Assembly (NCBI RefSeq): GCF_006345805.1
Contig: NC_043001.1
Coordinates: forward strand, 104,966,001 to 105,030,000
DNA: 64,000 nt
Direction: 5' to 3'
DNA from: Octopus sinensis
Lineage: Eukaryota
The notes below the pieces were generated by a model. That model saw nothing but the letters and a program-made list of their open reading frames with translations. It made no database searches and was not told the origin of the DNA. Shown here one piece after another: positions 11,867-25,517 of this stretch (its first letter is position 1; each line of letters starts with the position of its first letter). The translations under genes and the position numbers were made by a program.

Positions 11867-12029
11867 TGTTATTATCTATTCTTTCTCTACCGCTACCTTT
11901 CTCATTCTTTCTTTCTCTCGATATATATATGTGTGTGTGTGTGCGTGTGTGTGTGTGTGTATGCGTGTGTGTGAATACATGTACGTATGATATATTTACG
12001 TATTGTGTTTGTATATATATATATATTAT

Positions 12030-12074
<45 letters not shown>

Positions 12075-12824
12075 TTGTGTGTGCGAGGGCGCGCATGTGT
12101 GTATGTATTGAATTTTCACTCGTTCACTTTTTCTCTCTCTCTCTCTTTCTCTCTCTTTCTCTCCCTCTCTCACTTTCTTTCTTTCTATCTGTATCTCTCA
12201 ATTTTCATTTTTTTCTTCTTTTTCCCATACTTCCCATCAAATGCAATTTGCAGTCGAGTTGATTTATTTTCTCTCTATTATTTGCGTTTCTCGTTGGTGA
12301 ATCAACCAGAAACTATGATTTCGTTGCTGTCCCTCATCATCTTGGAATTAAGCGACAGGAAGCAGACATTGGGAGGAGGAAGGCTAAAGAACTGGAAAAG
12401 AGCAACAAGTAAAACGACGAACGTTAAGACGAAGGGAGGAAAATAATGAAAGGATGAAGGCAGGAAAGAAACAGGCGAAAGAAAACAGAAAAGAAGAAGC
12501 GAAGAAGTAAACAAGTTGGAAGCGGATTAGTTGATAAATCGATTGGCATGAAATATTTACAGAGATCTGAGAGAACAAATGGAAGATGTGTTTAAGTATT
12601 GACGTACCTGAGATACCGGATAAAGGTGGGTTGTTTGATGTAGAATATAAGAAATTAAAAGTAAACGTTTCTATAGCTACTTTCATATTTGGAACGTGTA
12701 AGGCAAAAAAAAGGTGTTGTGGACGCTTAGCCCAGGGTCAGCTGTGACCAAGTAGATTTATGATATAAGACCCTGCAACTATGAGCATCTTGTTCCTTTT
12801 TCTATCATTTTTCTACTCAGAGAA

Positions 12825-13045
12825 GGCGGCGAGCTGGCACAATCGTCAGCACGCTGGGCAAAATGCTTAACAGTATTTCGTCTGCCGTTACGTTCTCAGT
12901 TCAAATTCAGCCGCGGTCGACTTTGCCTTTCATCCTTACGGGAGTGGGTTCGTTGAAATAAGTACCAGTTACGCACTGAGGTCAATATAATCGACTTGCC
13001 CCCTTACCCCTAATATTTTCTAGGTCTTTTGCCTAGAGGAGAAAT
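12825..13045 (+). mobile_element. SINE family A
   Basis: Head GGCGGCGAGCTGGCA plus family A core. Confidence 0.85.
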
Positions 13046-13134
13046 GAATATTTTTCTATCAGTCTATTTAGAACATTAAAGTAGCTCCAGCCTCGACCTT
13101 CACTCCATACATAAATACCTTCTTCTCAGATAGA

Positions 13135-13408
13135 CTGTTGAGTTCGATTCATGGTGGCGTGTTTGCATCCCTGAACTAGACACTATATTTCACGTTGCTC
13201 CAGTCCACTCAACTGACAAGAATGAGTTCTACCTGTATTTCAGAGGGGCAGCCTTGTCACATTCTGTGTCATTCTGAATCCCCATGAGAACTATCTTAAG
13301 AGTACACTTCTGTGGAATACTCAACCACTTGTACGTTAATTTCACGAGCAGACTGTTCCGTTGGTCGCATCAGCTGGAGCACTCATGATTGTAACCGACA
13401 GAGTGCCG
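13135..13408 (+). mobile_element. SINE family C (CORE-like centre), 5'-degenerate
   Basis: B-box GAGTTCGATTC; centre ..AGACACTATATTTCACGTTGCTCCAGTCCACTCA..; tail shared with 56396-56756. Confidence 0.7.
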
Positions 13409-15950
13409 ACCGACCACCGACAATATACCATATTCTCTTTGTTAAGTCGGTAGTACATGATCAAAGAAAATTTGGCTGCTACCTTTATAAGTCACGCAAC
13501 CATTCAGAGAGTCCTTTGCTTCGGTTCGTACCACTATATCAGTTTTATTCTGCCAAAACTCTCATCTAAAATGTTTCCATTGGCAAGCTCAATGTTTTTT
13601 TTGCAGCCATTGTGTATTATCTACCTTAGATTTTGTAATGTGCCCCTGTTTCGTTTTTTTATTTCTTTCAAGAGTGTACAGTATGATTCAAAGGTGATTT
13701 GTCTGCTGTTTCTTGTAGGTCTAGTAATCAAGTAGAGATTCCTTCTTTGGCTCCAGGCTTATTTTGAGTTGGTTTTACATTATAGAACAACCGTATCCCT
13801 TCCTGGCTCCGCACACCTTTTCAGATCTGCAGATTAAGTTCTAACGGATGGTGAGCGTTGTCTAAAATCTGAAAAGGCTGTTGTATCAAAATGCCTAATT
13901 ATGCAGCTGCGTCTATCTTTTGATTGATTGAGTGGTGAAACTAGAATAATGACTTCGTAAGTCAATAACATAGCTTTATTACATAAAGAGAACTTTGTAA
14001 ATCCTGGAGTCCACAAGAAAATTCATTTAAATAATAGCAATCTTTGATGATGAAAAGGTTACGAACTACAGTTGAGAAAGTTGTCCGAATATATCACTTC
14101 TCGGCTGAAAATAATATATTGGCAGAATATTTTTAATACACCACGAAACCTTTGTAGTATAGGCACTGCAGTTCATAAATGTATTTTCTATCGAATTCCT
14201 CGATCGATCAGAAATATGCTCCGGTCGTGAAAATCCCGTTCTTTTTGTATATCCAAGCCCACATTATCCAGTGTGTTCTTTCTCCCTTTTTAAAACTGTA
14301 CAAAGCAATGTGATGGAGATTTGACAGTTATTTCTAAGAGATGGATCGATCATGCACACGGTTCCATCGTAAGCTCGAAACTTATAAACATTTTGTGGCT
14401 GAGCTGGACCCTTCTACATCACTAATAGGGAGCTTATCGATATCGGGGGGGGGCGTAGGGACTGAACTCCGAATTGGACTGGATAGGATTTGAACAAAGG
14501 ACCTTAGTAATGTAACTAAATGTTAGTAGCCTACCATTCATCTTCAGTCAACTGAAAATGAGGACAAACAAGAATTAAATAGGAGTTAAGCGACCGGAGC
14601 TAAAGTACCATTTCTGATTCGGTTTCAATTCCAGCTCAAGGACATTAATCAAACAGACTTTAATTTTGTACAAGGTTTTATAATCCAATTTTCTATTCTG
14701 TCCCATTTAGCATTTGTTTGTTTTAGATGTTAGCGGTACTAAGTTAAATTTGTATGAAAATTTTAGAGAAAGTGATGACTTATAAAAATAACTTATATTG
14801 GTCTTTGGTGCTTAGTGAACCAGGTTTCTGTTCAATGGTAACACAAAATCGTTCAGGTAATCAATAAAATCCTGCAAAAGGGACTAAGAAAACACTTGCT
14901 GTCTCTAGTTTTAATCCACGCGGCTGCAAAGTTATCCTCGTAACTCTCTATTACCTACGAACTTCTACCGGAGACAGTAAAAAAGTACAGTATTTCTGGA
15001 ACTCAATTCCTTTCTAGATTGAGTCTTTAAACATGTATTATTTAATCTCTGAAAGATTCTAGTTTGTACATCATGTTTTAGTATGCAAATAGTGGGTCAT
15101 TCATTGTAAATTATTTCGACAAGAACATGATAACTACATATCGCTGTTGAGGTCAGAGTAAGACGAAATCACTTTGAGAATTGTCTACCTTATTTGTTTA
15201 ACGATAGAGAATGATTTTAGCCTTTCTCTAATATTTCTTTATTATCGCATTTATATATTACAATTAACTTGTACCCTGATGTTACCTGAAATACGTTCAT
15301 TAACAATAAATTTTCTTCTCCAGTTAATTTAGCTGAGTTAAATTTCAAACTAGGAAGTTGTCTTACTACGTCTTACAGTTTTACTTATAAAGAATGGATT
15401 CACATCATGTATCCTTTTCTTATCGCACATGTCAGATTTTATCCCAGGAAATGTTTAATGTTTTTAGACTATAAACTACTCCTGTTTTTTCATGTTTTAA
15501 ACTCTGAACTGACATGAAAATTGTATCTTCTATGTGAGATTGATGACACGTATTCAGGTAGGAGTGATAGGAAATTATGATTGGGAGGTTTGTCACGAGA
15601 TAACCTTCAAGATGTTGCCAAAACGTTACATAATTGACAAAAACACAGAAATATTGACTTAAATATTTGAAAAACGCTTTGTATTACTTTGCAGATAAAC
15701 ATGAGAAAATTATTCGATCTTTATGAGCTTATACGTACAATGATCTAGTTTTGGTCCTCAATCTAAGCTATGGGTTTACTTATTACTGAATAAATTTGGT
15801 AAAGTCAAACCAGACTTTTATAGCCAGAATTACAATAGAAATAAAACTCATCACAATCTTGAGGTACAGATTTCATCAAACTGAGCAGCCCTTCTTTTTT
15901 CTTTTTGTCTTTTTTCTTTTTTTCTCTTTTTTTTTGTCTCTTTTCAAATG

Positions 15951-16162
15951 CTTTTCTACTCTAGGCACAAAGCCCGAAATTTTTGGGGAGGGGGCCAGTC
16001 GATTAGATCGACCCCAGTACGCAACTGGTACTTAGTTTATCGACCCCGAAAGGGTGAAAGGCAAAGTCGACCTCGGCGGAATTTGAACTCAGAACGTAAC
16101 GGCAGACGAAATGCGGCTACGTATTTCGCCCGGCGTGCTAACGTTTCTGCCAGCTCGCCGCC
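15951..16162 (-). mobile_element. SINE family A (alternative tail AAAATTTCGGGCTTTGTGCCTAGAGTAGAAAAG)
   Basis: Family A core; tail type matches 55879-56094. Confidence 0.9.
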
Positions 16163-16457
16163 TCAAAGCTGATCGATACCTTGCGTATAAAAGCCGACAG
16201 GAAGAACTGTGCCGAAAAACGTCGAATGTGTAACATGTGTCAAATAAGTGGTGGAAATGCGCAGCCGATCGTATAAGTAAATATAGCAATATTCAATACA
16301 TTTAAAGGAGAATTAAATTTATTTAGACAGAATTTAATAGAAACTTACAGGTTTCGCCTTCCGCCAGCTTCGTCGAACAGTCTCACAAAACTGTTGCAAG
16401 TTTAACACTACGACGTCAACGTCAGACTTTCCCTTGTCGATATGTGTGCGCATGAAT

Positions 16458-16880
16458 GGCGGTGAGCTGGCAGAAAGGTTAGCACGCCGGGTGAAAGGCG
16501 TAGCCGTATTTCGTCTGCCGCTACGTTCTGAGTTCAAATTCCGCCGAGGTCGACTTTGCCTTTTATCCTTTCGGGGTCGATGAAGTAAATACTAGTTACG
16601 CACTGGAGTCGATGTAATCGACTTAATCCCTTTGTCCTTAGCCCCACCCCTTGGGGGCAATAAAGAAATAGATATATGTGTGCTTGAAGCTGGGAGAATG
16701 GTTAGCACACCGGGAAAATTACTTAGCGTCATTTCATCGATCTTTGCATTAACCCAAGGTCGACTTTACCTTTCATCCTTTCGGAATCGATAAAATCAGT
16801 ACTAGTTGAAGAGTGGAGTCGATGTAATCGACTTAACCCCTTCCCCCAAATTGCTGGCCTTGTGCCAACATTTAAAGCCA
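16458..16880 (+). mobile_element. Two tandem SINE family A copies (16458-16671, 16686-16880)
   Basis: Both carry the GTCGACTTT..ATCCTTTCGG..GATGTAATCGACTTAA core. Confidence 0.85.
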
Positions 16881-17838
16881 ATATATGTGTGCTTGTAAGG
16901 CTGCAAGTGGCAGAATTTGGAGTCAGAAGGTAACGACGAAGAAATGCCGCTAAGCATTTTGTCCGGCGCGGCAACCACCCTGCCGTGTCCCTGCTGTCAG
17001 GGATTAAGTGACATTAGCAGTGAACTCTCAGAATATTCGACCCAACTTTGATTCCCGATTGTAGCTAGGAGGTTTCGATTATCACGTATGTCACTACACG
17101 ACATTCCTCCAGCTTCTCATAGCAAATGCGGTCAACCGGCCTTCGTTTGTCAATTCTAAATACGAAAAGCCATTTATTTAACTCAGTGAATCAATTAGCT
17201 TTCGTCTTGATTCTCCAAACTCTGCGACATTTACTTCCATTACCGTCAAAATTACTGCAAAAAGCATCTTTAATATCGTGTTGGAACCATGAGGCTGAAA
17301 CTATTGGTGTTTACGGAGTCCATTTTGAAATTTTAAGATGCTAACTATTGAAAAATGTTGCAAGACGCAACAAAAATTTTAGGGAAATAAAAATAAGAAA
17401 AAAGTGGAAATTTTACCGGTGAGTGTGATATATTATAATGCACAAAAAGAAAATGACTCTCCCCAAACACAACAGAATATGCTTCAACACACGAACTCAT
17501 ATAAAGAATCTTGCAAACCAAATCCAAAAACGAAATTTAAAAATTCAGTTTTAAGATTAACAAAAGGTAATCACCAGATGTGATAATCGTAATATGTTTA
17601 ATGATTTCATTTCAAATATCGCAATTCAATCTCTCAAATATATGGCATAATTATTTTTTTTTATGCATATATTTTTGTCTTATCTTTTAACTTAATTTGA
17701 AAATAAACGTTAAATGTTTCTATCTGTTCTTACCCATCACCTTTCATCTGATTCCCTTATAAAGGGAAATCCGTCACAGCATGAAGTCTGAATCTTAAAC
17801 AATTCCCTTCTGAAACGACATAATATTTTATATATATC

Positions 17839-17869
<31 letters not shown>

Positions 17870-18603
17870 ATGTGTGTGTGTGTGTGTTAATTCGAGATAA
17901 ATATCTGACAGACAAAATAACCGTATGTCATCCAGACAGATTTAATTAATATAATTATCGTTGAATCAAATACGGTGTTGAGAGCCGTTTAGAAGGTGGC
18001 GGAGGTGATTTAGAAAGAAGGGTAAGAGGAGAGAGAAGGGGCTGTATTGGCGCGGGTGGAGGGGGAAATGGGTGATTATAGACGCACTAAACGGTTGGAC
18101 GATATCGTTATTGGAAAACTAATGCCAAACTGACTTATTCATTATCATTTATAAATATAGACCATTCCCATGTGGTGCATTGCTTATAGACTTCTGATGA
18201 TGTTGCTGCTGCTGCTGCTGCTACTACTGCTGCTACTGCTGGTAGATAGAAGTGAAGTGATGATTATAATAATCATGAAATGGAACGGATGCTAACAATG
18301 GCGAACATGACTGTGATTATGACATTCATGATAATCATGATATTGCTGCTAATGATGCTGATGGTGATGATGACCATCATTATCATCGCCGTAGTCATCA
18401 TGGTGAAGGAGGAAGTGTAAGAGGAAAAGTGGGAGGATGTCTTGGCACCTCATTTGGCAATGCAATCAAACGATGACCCATTGATATAGGTTGTGCAAAA
18501 TTGATTTTCTTTAACAAAATGTAATTGTATGTGTATATAGCTGAGGCAAGGCTTACGAATACACACATTGCCATGTGTATATACATATACATATACATAT
18601 ATA

Positions 18604-18671
<68 letters not shown>

Positions 18672-18950
18672 AAGAGAGAGAGAGAGAGAGAGTTAGAGAG
18701 AGAGGTAGAGCGAGACAATTAGATTGATAGTTAAAAAGCTATGCTTATGAACATAAATCTATGTGCCTATATATGTATATATCATGTTTCTGGTCTGCGT
18801 GCGTGTGTTGATTGTGTGTTTATATATATGTGGGTGTGTGTGTGTGTGTGTGTGTCTGGTGTGTGTGTGTATGTATGTATATGTGTATATATATTTATAT
18901 ATGTATACGTATATAATATGTATGTATACATATGTATATATATATATATG

Positions 18951-18990
<40 letters not shown>

Positions 18991-18996
<6 letters not shown>

Positions 18997-20339
18997 CAAC
19001 AATTGAGGGCAAAATTAATTAATTATTAATCAATTTCACCAAGTGTTCAGTATGCAAAGGGACCATTCAAGGCGAATTCAAATTATTACATTATATAAAA
19101 GGGCTTAGTAAAATAAATTACTTTGCCGCATACTGAACTCATTAGAAATAGCAGCTAAAAAACTTTTTTAAGGCTATTTCTAATACTTAAAGAAAATCTC
19201 TCTCATATATAGTGTTTGCATAATTTAACTCACAAAAGTTTGGGGGTAATGACATCGAAAAATCAAATGCTAAGGTTATTCGAGAACGTACGTTTCAAGA
19301 TTAGTCAAAACAACATTTCTATCATCGGCTCGGAATTCCTTGGTTTGGATTTGGAAACACTGAAAATAAGAACATACCCTCTCGAAGATCTGCTCCCAAC
19401 TAACAGTGTCAACAAATTCAAAATAAGCAGCGAAGAATCTCTGTTCTCCCCTTTCCACCAGCGTGGGTTAAAATCATCAAACTCTATGCTTATTTCGGTA
19501 AAGTCCGAAGCATTAATCAGAGGGAGATTAATTATAATTTCAACAATTGAGGGCAAAATTAATTAATTATTAATCAATTTCACCAAGTGTTCAGTATGCA
19601 AAGGGACCATTCAAGGCGAATTCAAATTATTACATTATATAAAAGGGCTTAGTAAAATAAATTACTTTGCCGCATACTGAACTCATTAGAAATAGCAGCT
19701 AAAAAACTTTTTTAAGGCTATTTCTAATACTTAAAGAAAATCTCTCTCATATATAGTGTTTGCATAATTTAACTCACAAAAGTTTGGGGGTAATGACATC
19801 GAAAAATCAAATGCTAAGGTTATTCGAGAACGTACGTTTCAAGATTAGTCAAAACAACATTTCTATCATCGGCTCGGAAATTCTTGGTTTGGATTTGGAA
19901 ACACTGAAAATAAGAACATACCCTCTCGAAGATCTGCTCCCAACTAACAGTGTCAACAAATTCAAAATAAGCAAGCGAAGAATCTCTGTTCTCCCCTTTC
20001 CACCAGCGTGGGTTAAAATCATCAAACTCTATGCTTATTTCGGTAAAGTCCGAAGCATTAAGAGGGAGATTAATTATAATTTCAACAATTGAGGGCAAAA
20101 TTAATTAATTATTAATCAATTTCACCAAGTGTTCAATGCAAAGGGACCATTCAAGGCGAATTCAAATTATTACATTATATAAAAGGGCTTAGTAAAATAA
20201 ATTACTTTGCCGCATACTGAACTCATTAGAAATAGCAGCTAAAAAACTTTTTTAAGGCTATTTCTAATACTTAAAGAAAATCTCTCTCATATATAGTGTT
20301 TGCATAATTTAACTCACAAAAGTTTGGGGGTAATGACAT
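18991..20339 (-). repeat. 544/542-bp tandem unit x2.5 (A-B-A-B-A), probable non-autonomous Penelope-like/retrozyme-like element
   Basis: Unit starts TAATTTCAAC at 18991, 19535 and 20077; array bounded by (TA)n on both sides. Strand inferred from RNA structure. Confidence 0.85.
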
Positions 20340-20889
20340 ATATATATATATATACGTGCATACATACAGATATGCATACATTTATATAGCATCTAACATG
20401 TAGTTTGATTGTCTAAGCAAGCCAAGCTTGTCCACTCTGACGAGCGACCAACTCTGAAACGGTCCGCAATAAGAAACCCTACACTATTCCGCGTATCAAT
20501 AAGTATAAAAATAGTGTGCTTTCATCTAACCGCACAGTGAGGCTTTCTAGTATTTATCTCGGTTCTTCTGAGTTACGCGTAGATGAATTTCTAATCTTCG
20601 AAAACATAAAAATGTGAATGAAGCTGTGCACTACTGTACTAGTTTAATTTACGGCTACCTTAAGTAGCAGTTGACCGACGTTAATAATTGAGGAAGAATG
20701 TCGGGTAAGTCTTCTGTGAGTAACTGTCAACAAATGATGAAACAGTCTGTCAGGAGACTCTTACCACTTTTTCGTACATTTATAGTGTACAGGGAATGCG
20801 CTTATATTACCATTAAATACCAGAATAAGGCTATGTGATATTTAAATGTACTATGATTCTGATATATGCTGTTTTGTTTATTATACATA

Positions 20890-21160
20890 TATGCATGCAT
20901 GCATGCATGAATGTATGTATGTATGTATGTATGTATGTATGTATGTATGTATGTATGTATGTATGTATGTATGTATGTATGTATATACGTATGTATATAT
21001 GTAAATATGTATGAATGTCTGTATGTGTATATGTATGTATGCATATATGTAAGTATGTATGTGTGTATGTATGTATGCATTATGTATTATGTATGTACGT
21101 ATGTATTCATGTGTATGTATGTATGTATGTTTGTATGTAGATATGTATGTATGTGTGTGT
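20890..21160. repeat. (ATGT)n microsatellite, degenerating distally
   Basis: Direct reading. Confidence 0.95.
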
Positions 21161-22682
21161 ATGCATTATTTCATTTTCGTATCGAGTTTGCAAGATTCTT
21201 GATGCGAAATCGTGTTGAAACAAATTTTATTGTCTTGGAAGCGTTATTACACCAATAATGATAAACACACGCACAGGTTCAATTCAACTTCTTTATTGTT
21301 AGTCAGTTGGTTAACTATCTAACCAACTAACTCATCAATCTTTTGTTTAACGTATTGGTTAAACAATCAATCGGTTATTTGTCTGCTTGTCAAAGTTCTT
21401 TCGTTGCTGTGCGCAAACAGTGACCCGTGACTCCCTACTCACTCGAAAGCCTGCTTTCGTCAGTCCGAGAAAGAATTCAATAAAGAAGTGGTAGCTGTGT
21501 GTGAGTGTGTGTGTGCGTGCGTGTGTGTATATGTGTGTGTGTGTGTATTGAAAATAATTCTACATCTTGTGTAGAATATATGTGACGTTGATCGCGTAGT
21601 AAGAGCCGTGCCACTCATCAACCAGTGACATCTGTAGTATCAACTACACAGTTACCTATGGTTCTTCCCTCAGTCACGAGATCCTGTATCTCAGTTTGGA
21701 GGAGAGCGAGAGTCCGATAGCCGAGAATGCCAGAATTTTCCTCAGCAACCAGACGTGAATTACTCCTACTTATTCCGCACCTCTGCGTAACAGGTGGAAG
21801 AATATGTCACAATTTGGCATGGGAGTATGTCTCACAATCTCTGGAATCCTAGAGGAGTAACCTGATGCACTCAAACGAAGAAACAGGCATCCTGTGAGAA
21901 TGCCTGCCGTTGCACTATTGAGATCAACCAAAGAATGTGGTAACGTCGGGGCCTATTTACATAAAATTGTTAGTCAACGTGCATGGTGGTGAAAATGTTT
22001 TGCATCGTAGCGGCGGCAGAGGTGCGGGTGCTGCCCGGTCTCATCGATAGTAGCTCCAAAGCAACGACGGCATTTATGAATCCTACTGATAAAGATTATT
22101 GTAGAGTTACTGATGATTCAAATGTGAGAAAAATGCTGGTTGACGAAGAGGGTAAACTAGTGAACCAAGCACTGCTGAGGCGTTGCAAGGAAGTCCAGAG
22201 TCGAATGGACAATGCTGGTTAAAGGATTATTGGATCTTCGAGCTGGTTCCTGATGTAACTACATCTGATATTTTCTCAATTATGTTCATTAGTTGCAGTC
22301 TAGGGGACAGGAGTCCATCATAAAACAAACCGCCAAGTTCAACACGAGTTCTACATCAAACATAAATTGTGTTATTTATAATTATAAACATAATTTAAAA
22401 ATTAAATTCTTACAGAAACAGATCCTATCAACAACAATATTCGACACTTTATAAAACTTTAACGCAGAGATATTTTGATAATGATTAGCCACATCCTATT
22501 AAGCAGGTTTGGCCTAATTCTAATAGGATTGCGATGACCTGACAGACAATAAATTCTGTTTGCATGCGATAAGTGGCACCCAGTCATATGTGATTAGAAG
22601 TGTTATCAGCTGCAATACACTGTGCTCAGCTCAAAGTTCATGAATAAGAATGTATGTGTGTGTATGTGTGTTTGTGTATATA

Positions 22683-22727
<45 letters not shown>

Positions 22728-22950
22728 TATATATATAAGTATATATATATAAGTATATATATATAAGTATATATATGTATGTATGTGTGTATATATATGT
22801 ATATGTATGTATGTATATATATATATATCTAATGTAGGATAAATTTTTTTCGAAAAAATTCTTTTCCAAGAAAAATCTTATCAATGGCCAGCATATTAAA
22901 AAATACCTTTAAAGGTTAAATTCATAAACAATTCATAATATTATGAATTG

Positions 22951-22990
<40 letters not shown>

Positions 22991-23541
22991 ACACACACAC
23001 ACACACACACACCACACACACACACACATACATGAATGCATGTATATTCTGAAAGTGGATTCATTGATTCCGAACAGCAATAAATAACAGATCATGGTCG
23101 AGAAATGTTGCAATTAGCGATAAAGTAACGAACTGATGGAGGCACCGGTTACAAGTCCTCACGAGTTAGGTTTCCAGTTCTCTGCGCTCAGAGTTCAGAT
23201 TTTGCCGAAGCCATGTTTCGCTTTTATTCAACAGAGATGTCGACAAAGTACTATTCAATTACTGGAATCGATTCTCTCTCTCTCCTTCTCTCTCTCATTC
23301 TCTCTCTCTCTCTCCTTCTCTCTCGTTCCCTTCCTCTCTGTCTCTCATTTTCTCCTACCTCTCTGTCTTTATGAAACCAGCTATGTCATGCTTCGTGAAG
23401 GAAGCAAGGGAATCAGTCGCAATGTCCCTTACTCCAGGGACGGGCACACTCTTCCCAAAGATAACTACCACCATCTTCCCAAAAGAAAACCTAATAATAA
23501 TGCTAGAGGCAGTTCAGAACTTAACGGTACTTCGGAATAAA

Positions 23542-23772
23542 GGCGGCGAGCTGGCAGAAACGTTAGCACGCCGGGCGAAATGCCTAGCGGTATTTTGTCT
23601 GCCATTACGTTCTGAGTTCAAATTCCGCCGAGGTCGACTTTGCCTTTCATCCTTTCGGGGTCGATTAAATAAGTACCAGTTATGCACTGGGGTTGATATA
23701 ATCAACTTAATCCGTTTGTCTGTCCTTGTTTGTCCGCTCTGTGTTTAGCTCCTTGTGGGTAGTAAAGAAATA
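23542..23772 (+). mobile_element. SINE family A, full length, with 16-bp TSD
   Basis: TSD GGTACTTCGGAATAAA at 23526-23541 and 23773-23788. Confidence 0.95.
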
Positions 23773-24169
23773 GGTACTTCGGAATAAAAGCAGATGAAGA
23801 ACGCAATGGCGTGATATACAAAGAGCAATGTCACGCCATCTTGCCTGGCCTTGTAGTCGGAGAGTGTGTGATACGTAGGCTTTGATAGCATTGATTAATG
23901 AATATTAAACTACAAAGACCTGACCTCAACAAATAGCGGAAGCATGATAAAACGGCGACATGGAAGAACTTAATCTGAAAATTGGTTAAAACCAGCATGG
24001 CGCTGTCGAGTAGGCAATCAATTGTGATCTAGATTATGTCAGACTTCATTATCTTATCTTTCCTTCCTATTCTCACAGATGGCGCTGTGTGGGTTAAGAG
24101 AAGATTTAGCTGCTATTTCTAGCAAGTCAAATAATCGCGTAGAGGTCTCGCAATAGCTTGGAGACCGTT

Positions 24170-24547
24170 TATCTGTTATCTGCTTCGGTCATCAGACAGT
24201 GGCCATGCTGGTGCACGGCCATAAAGGATTTCAATCGTATGAATCGACGCCAGTACTTAATTTATCTTTTTAAGCGTGGTACTTGTTCTATCGATCTTTT
24301 GTCGAACCGCTAGTTTACGGTGACGTAAACACGTCAACGCCGGTTGGCAAGTGGAGGAAGAGAGAAAACACACACACACACACACACGTATAAGATGTGC
24401 TTCTTTTAGTTCCCCTGTACCAAATCCACTCACAATGCATTGGTTGACCCGAGGCTAGAGTAGAACAAAAAAAAGGGGCCATGCTTTGGGCTGAACCTGG
24501 AGCTCTGTAGCGGGAAGCAAGCTACTCCTGACACAGCCACGCCTGCG
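24170..24547 (-). mobile_element. SINE family B, diverged
   Basis: CCAAATCCACTCACAA, GAACCGCTA and ACAGCCACGCCTGCG motifs. Confidence 0.8.
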
Positions 24548-25316
24548 ACAAGATTTGTTCGGCGCAGCCCACTTTCTGCGGGCACTTTGTAATGCTGTAA
24601 GTGTATGAAGAGCTTTTCAAGTGTTGGAGACAAATAAATTTGCTTGATGTTTACATTTCTGTTTACGGAATATTTTGGGTTAGTTTTAACGAAAGGGAAA
24701 ACGAAAAAATTGTAAGAAATAAATGTAGACAAATTGAATGATTCAACAAAGAATAAAATGAAGGTTGAGAGCACAGCGAGGCAATTCGTTCTCTATTTTC
24801 TTCATCTGTAATCATATATGATAATTATTCTTAACTTAACTCTTTCATTTTGTTCTTATTTGATGTTTATATTCTGCGGTTTTGTACAAATTATTTCAGC
24901 AATCATACAAATACTACCGAACTAGACTTTGCTTTTCATCCTTCCGGTGTTGATAAAGTAAACACCAGTGAAGTTATTGGCGTTGATTAATTCGACTACA
25001 CGCCTGGTCCTGATATTCCTGAACATGAACTGTAGCAGAATTCAATCAGTATCTTTGTGAACAATAGACAAGGGAAGATAATCATTGTTCAACAACAAAC
25101 TAGTTTCCTTTTTGCTTAATGGCTCATTTGGAGAGAAAAGACGAGCAGGAATTACGTAACTGGTACGAGGAAGGATGTTATCTTCAAACCAAACACCTTG
25201 GACCGAATATTTATTTCAGTTATGGCAGTCAAGGGCCAGGTAGATGTGATTAAGTCTAACATCTATGATCAAGAAAATCCTGTTAATATATGTATATATT
25301 TATATATATATAAATA

Positions 25317-25384
<68 letters not shown>

Positions 25385-25517
25385 ATATATATATTATATA
25401 TTATATATTATATATATCCGTAATAATGAAGGGTGAATTAATTTAATTTGGAATAATTATCAAATACACAAGTAGTCTTCGGCATGTAAAAGCCTCATTC
25501 GAGGAAAATTTAAGTAA

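Noticed and set aside
18260-18475. Asp/His-rich open stretch NGTDANNGEHD..HHGEGG
   Set aside because: No start codon or acceptor; explained by a decayed GAT/CAT repeat.
20437-20464. CTGACGA..GAAACGGTC hammerhead-like string
   Set aside because: Stem II and stem I do not pair; at most a decayed remnant.
21560-22320. GC-richer segment with ORF 21983-22222
   Set aside because: No recognisable motif or splice pattern; probably an old TE fragment, unassignable.
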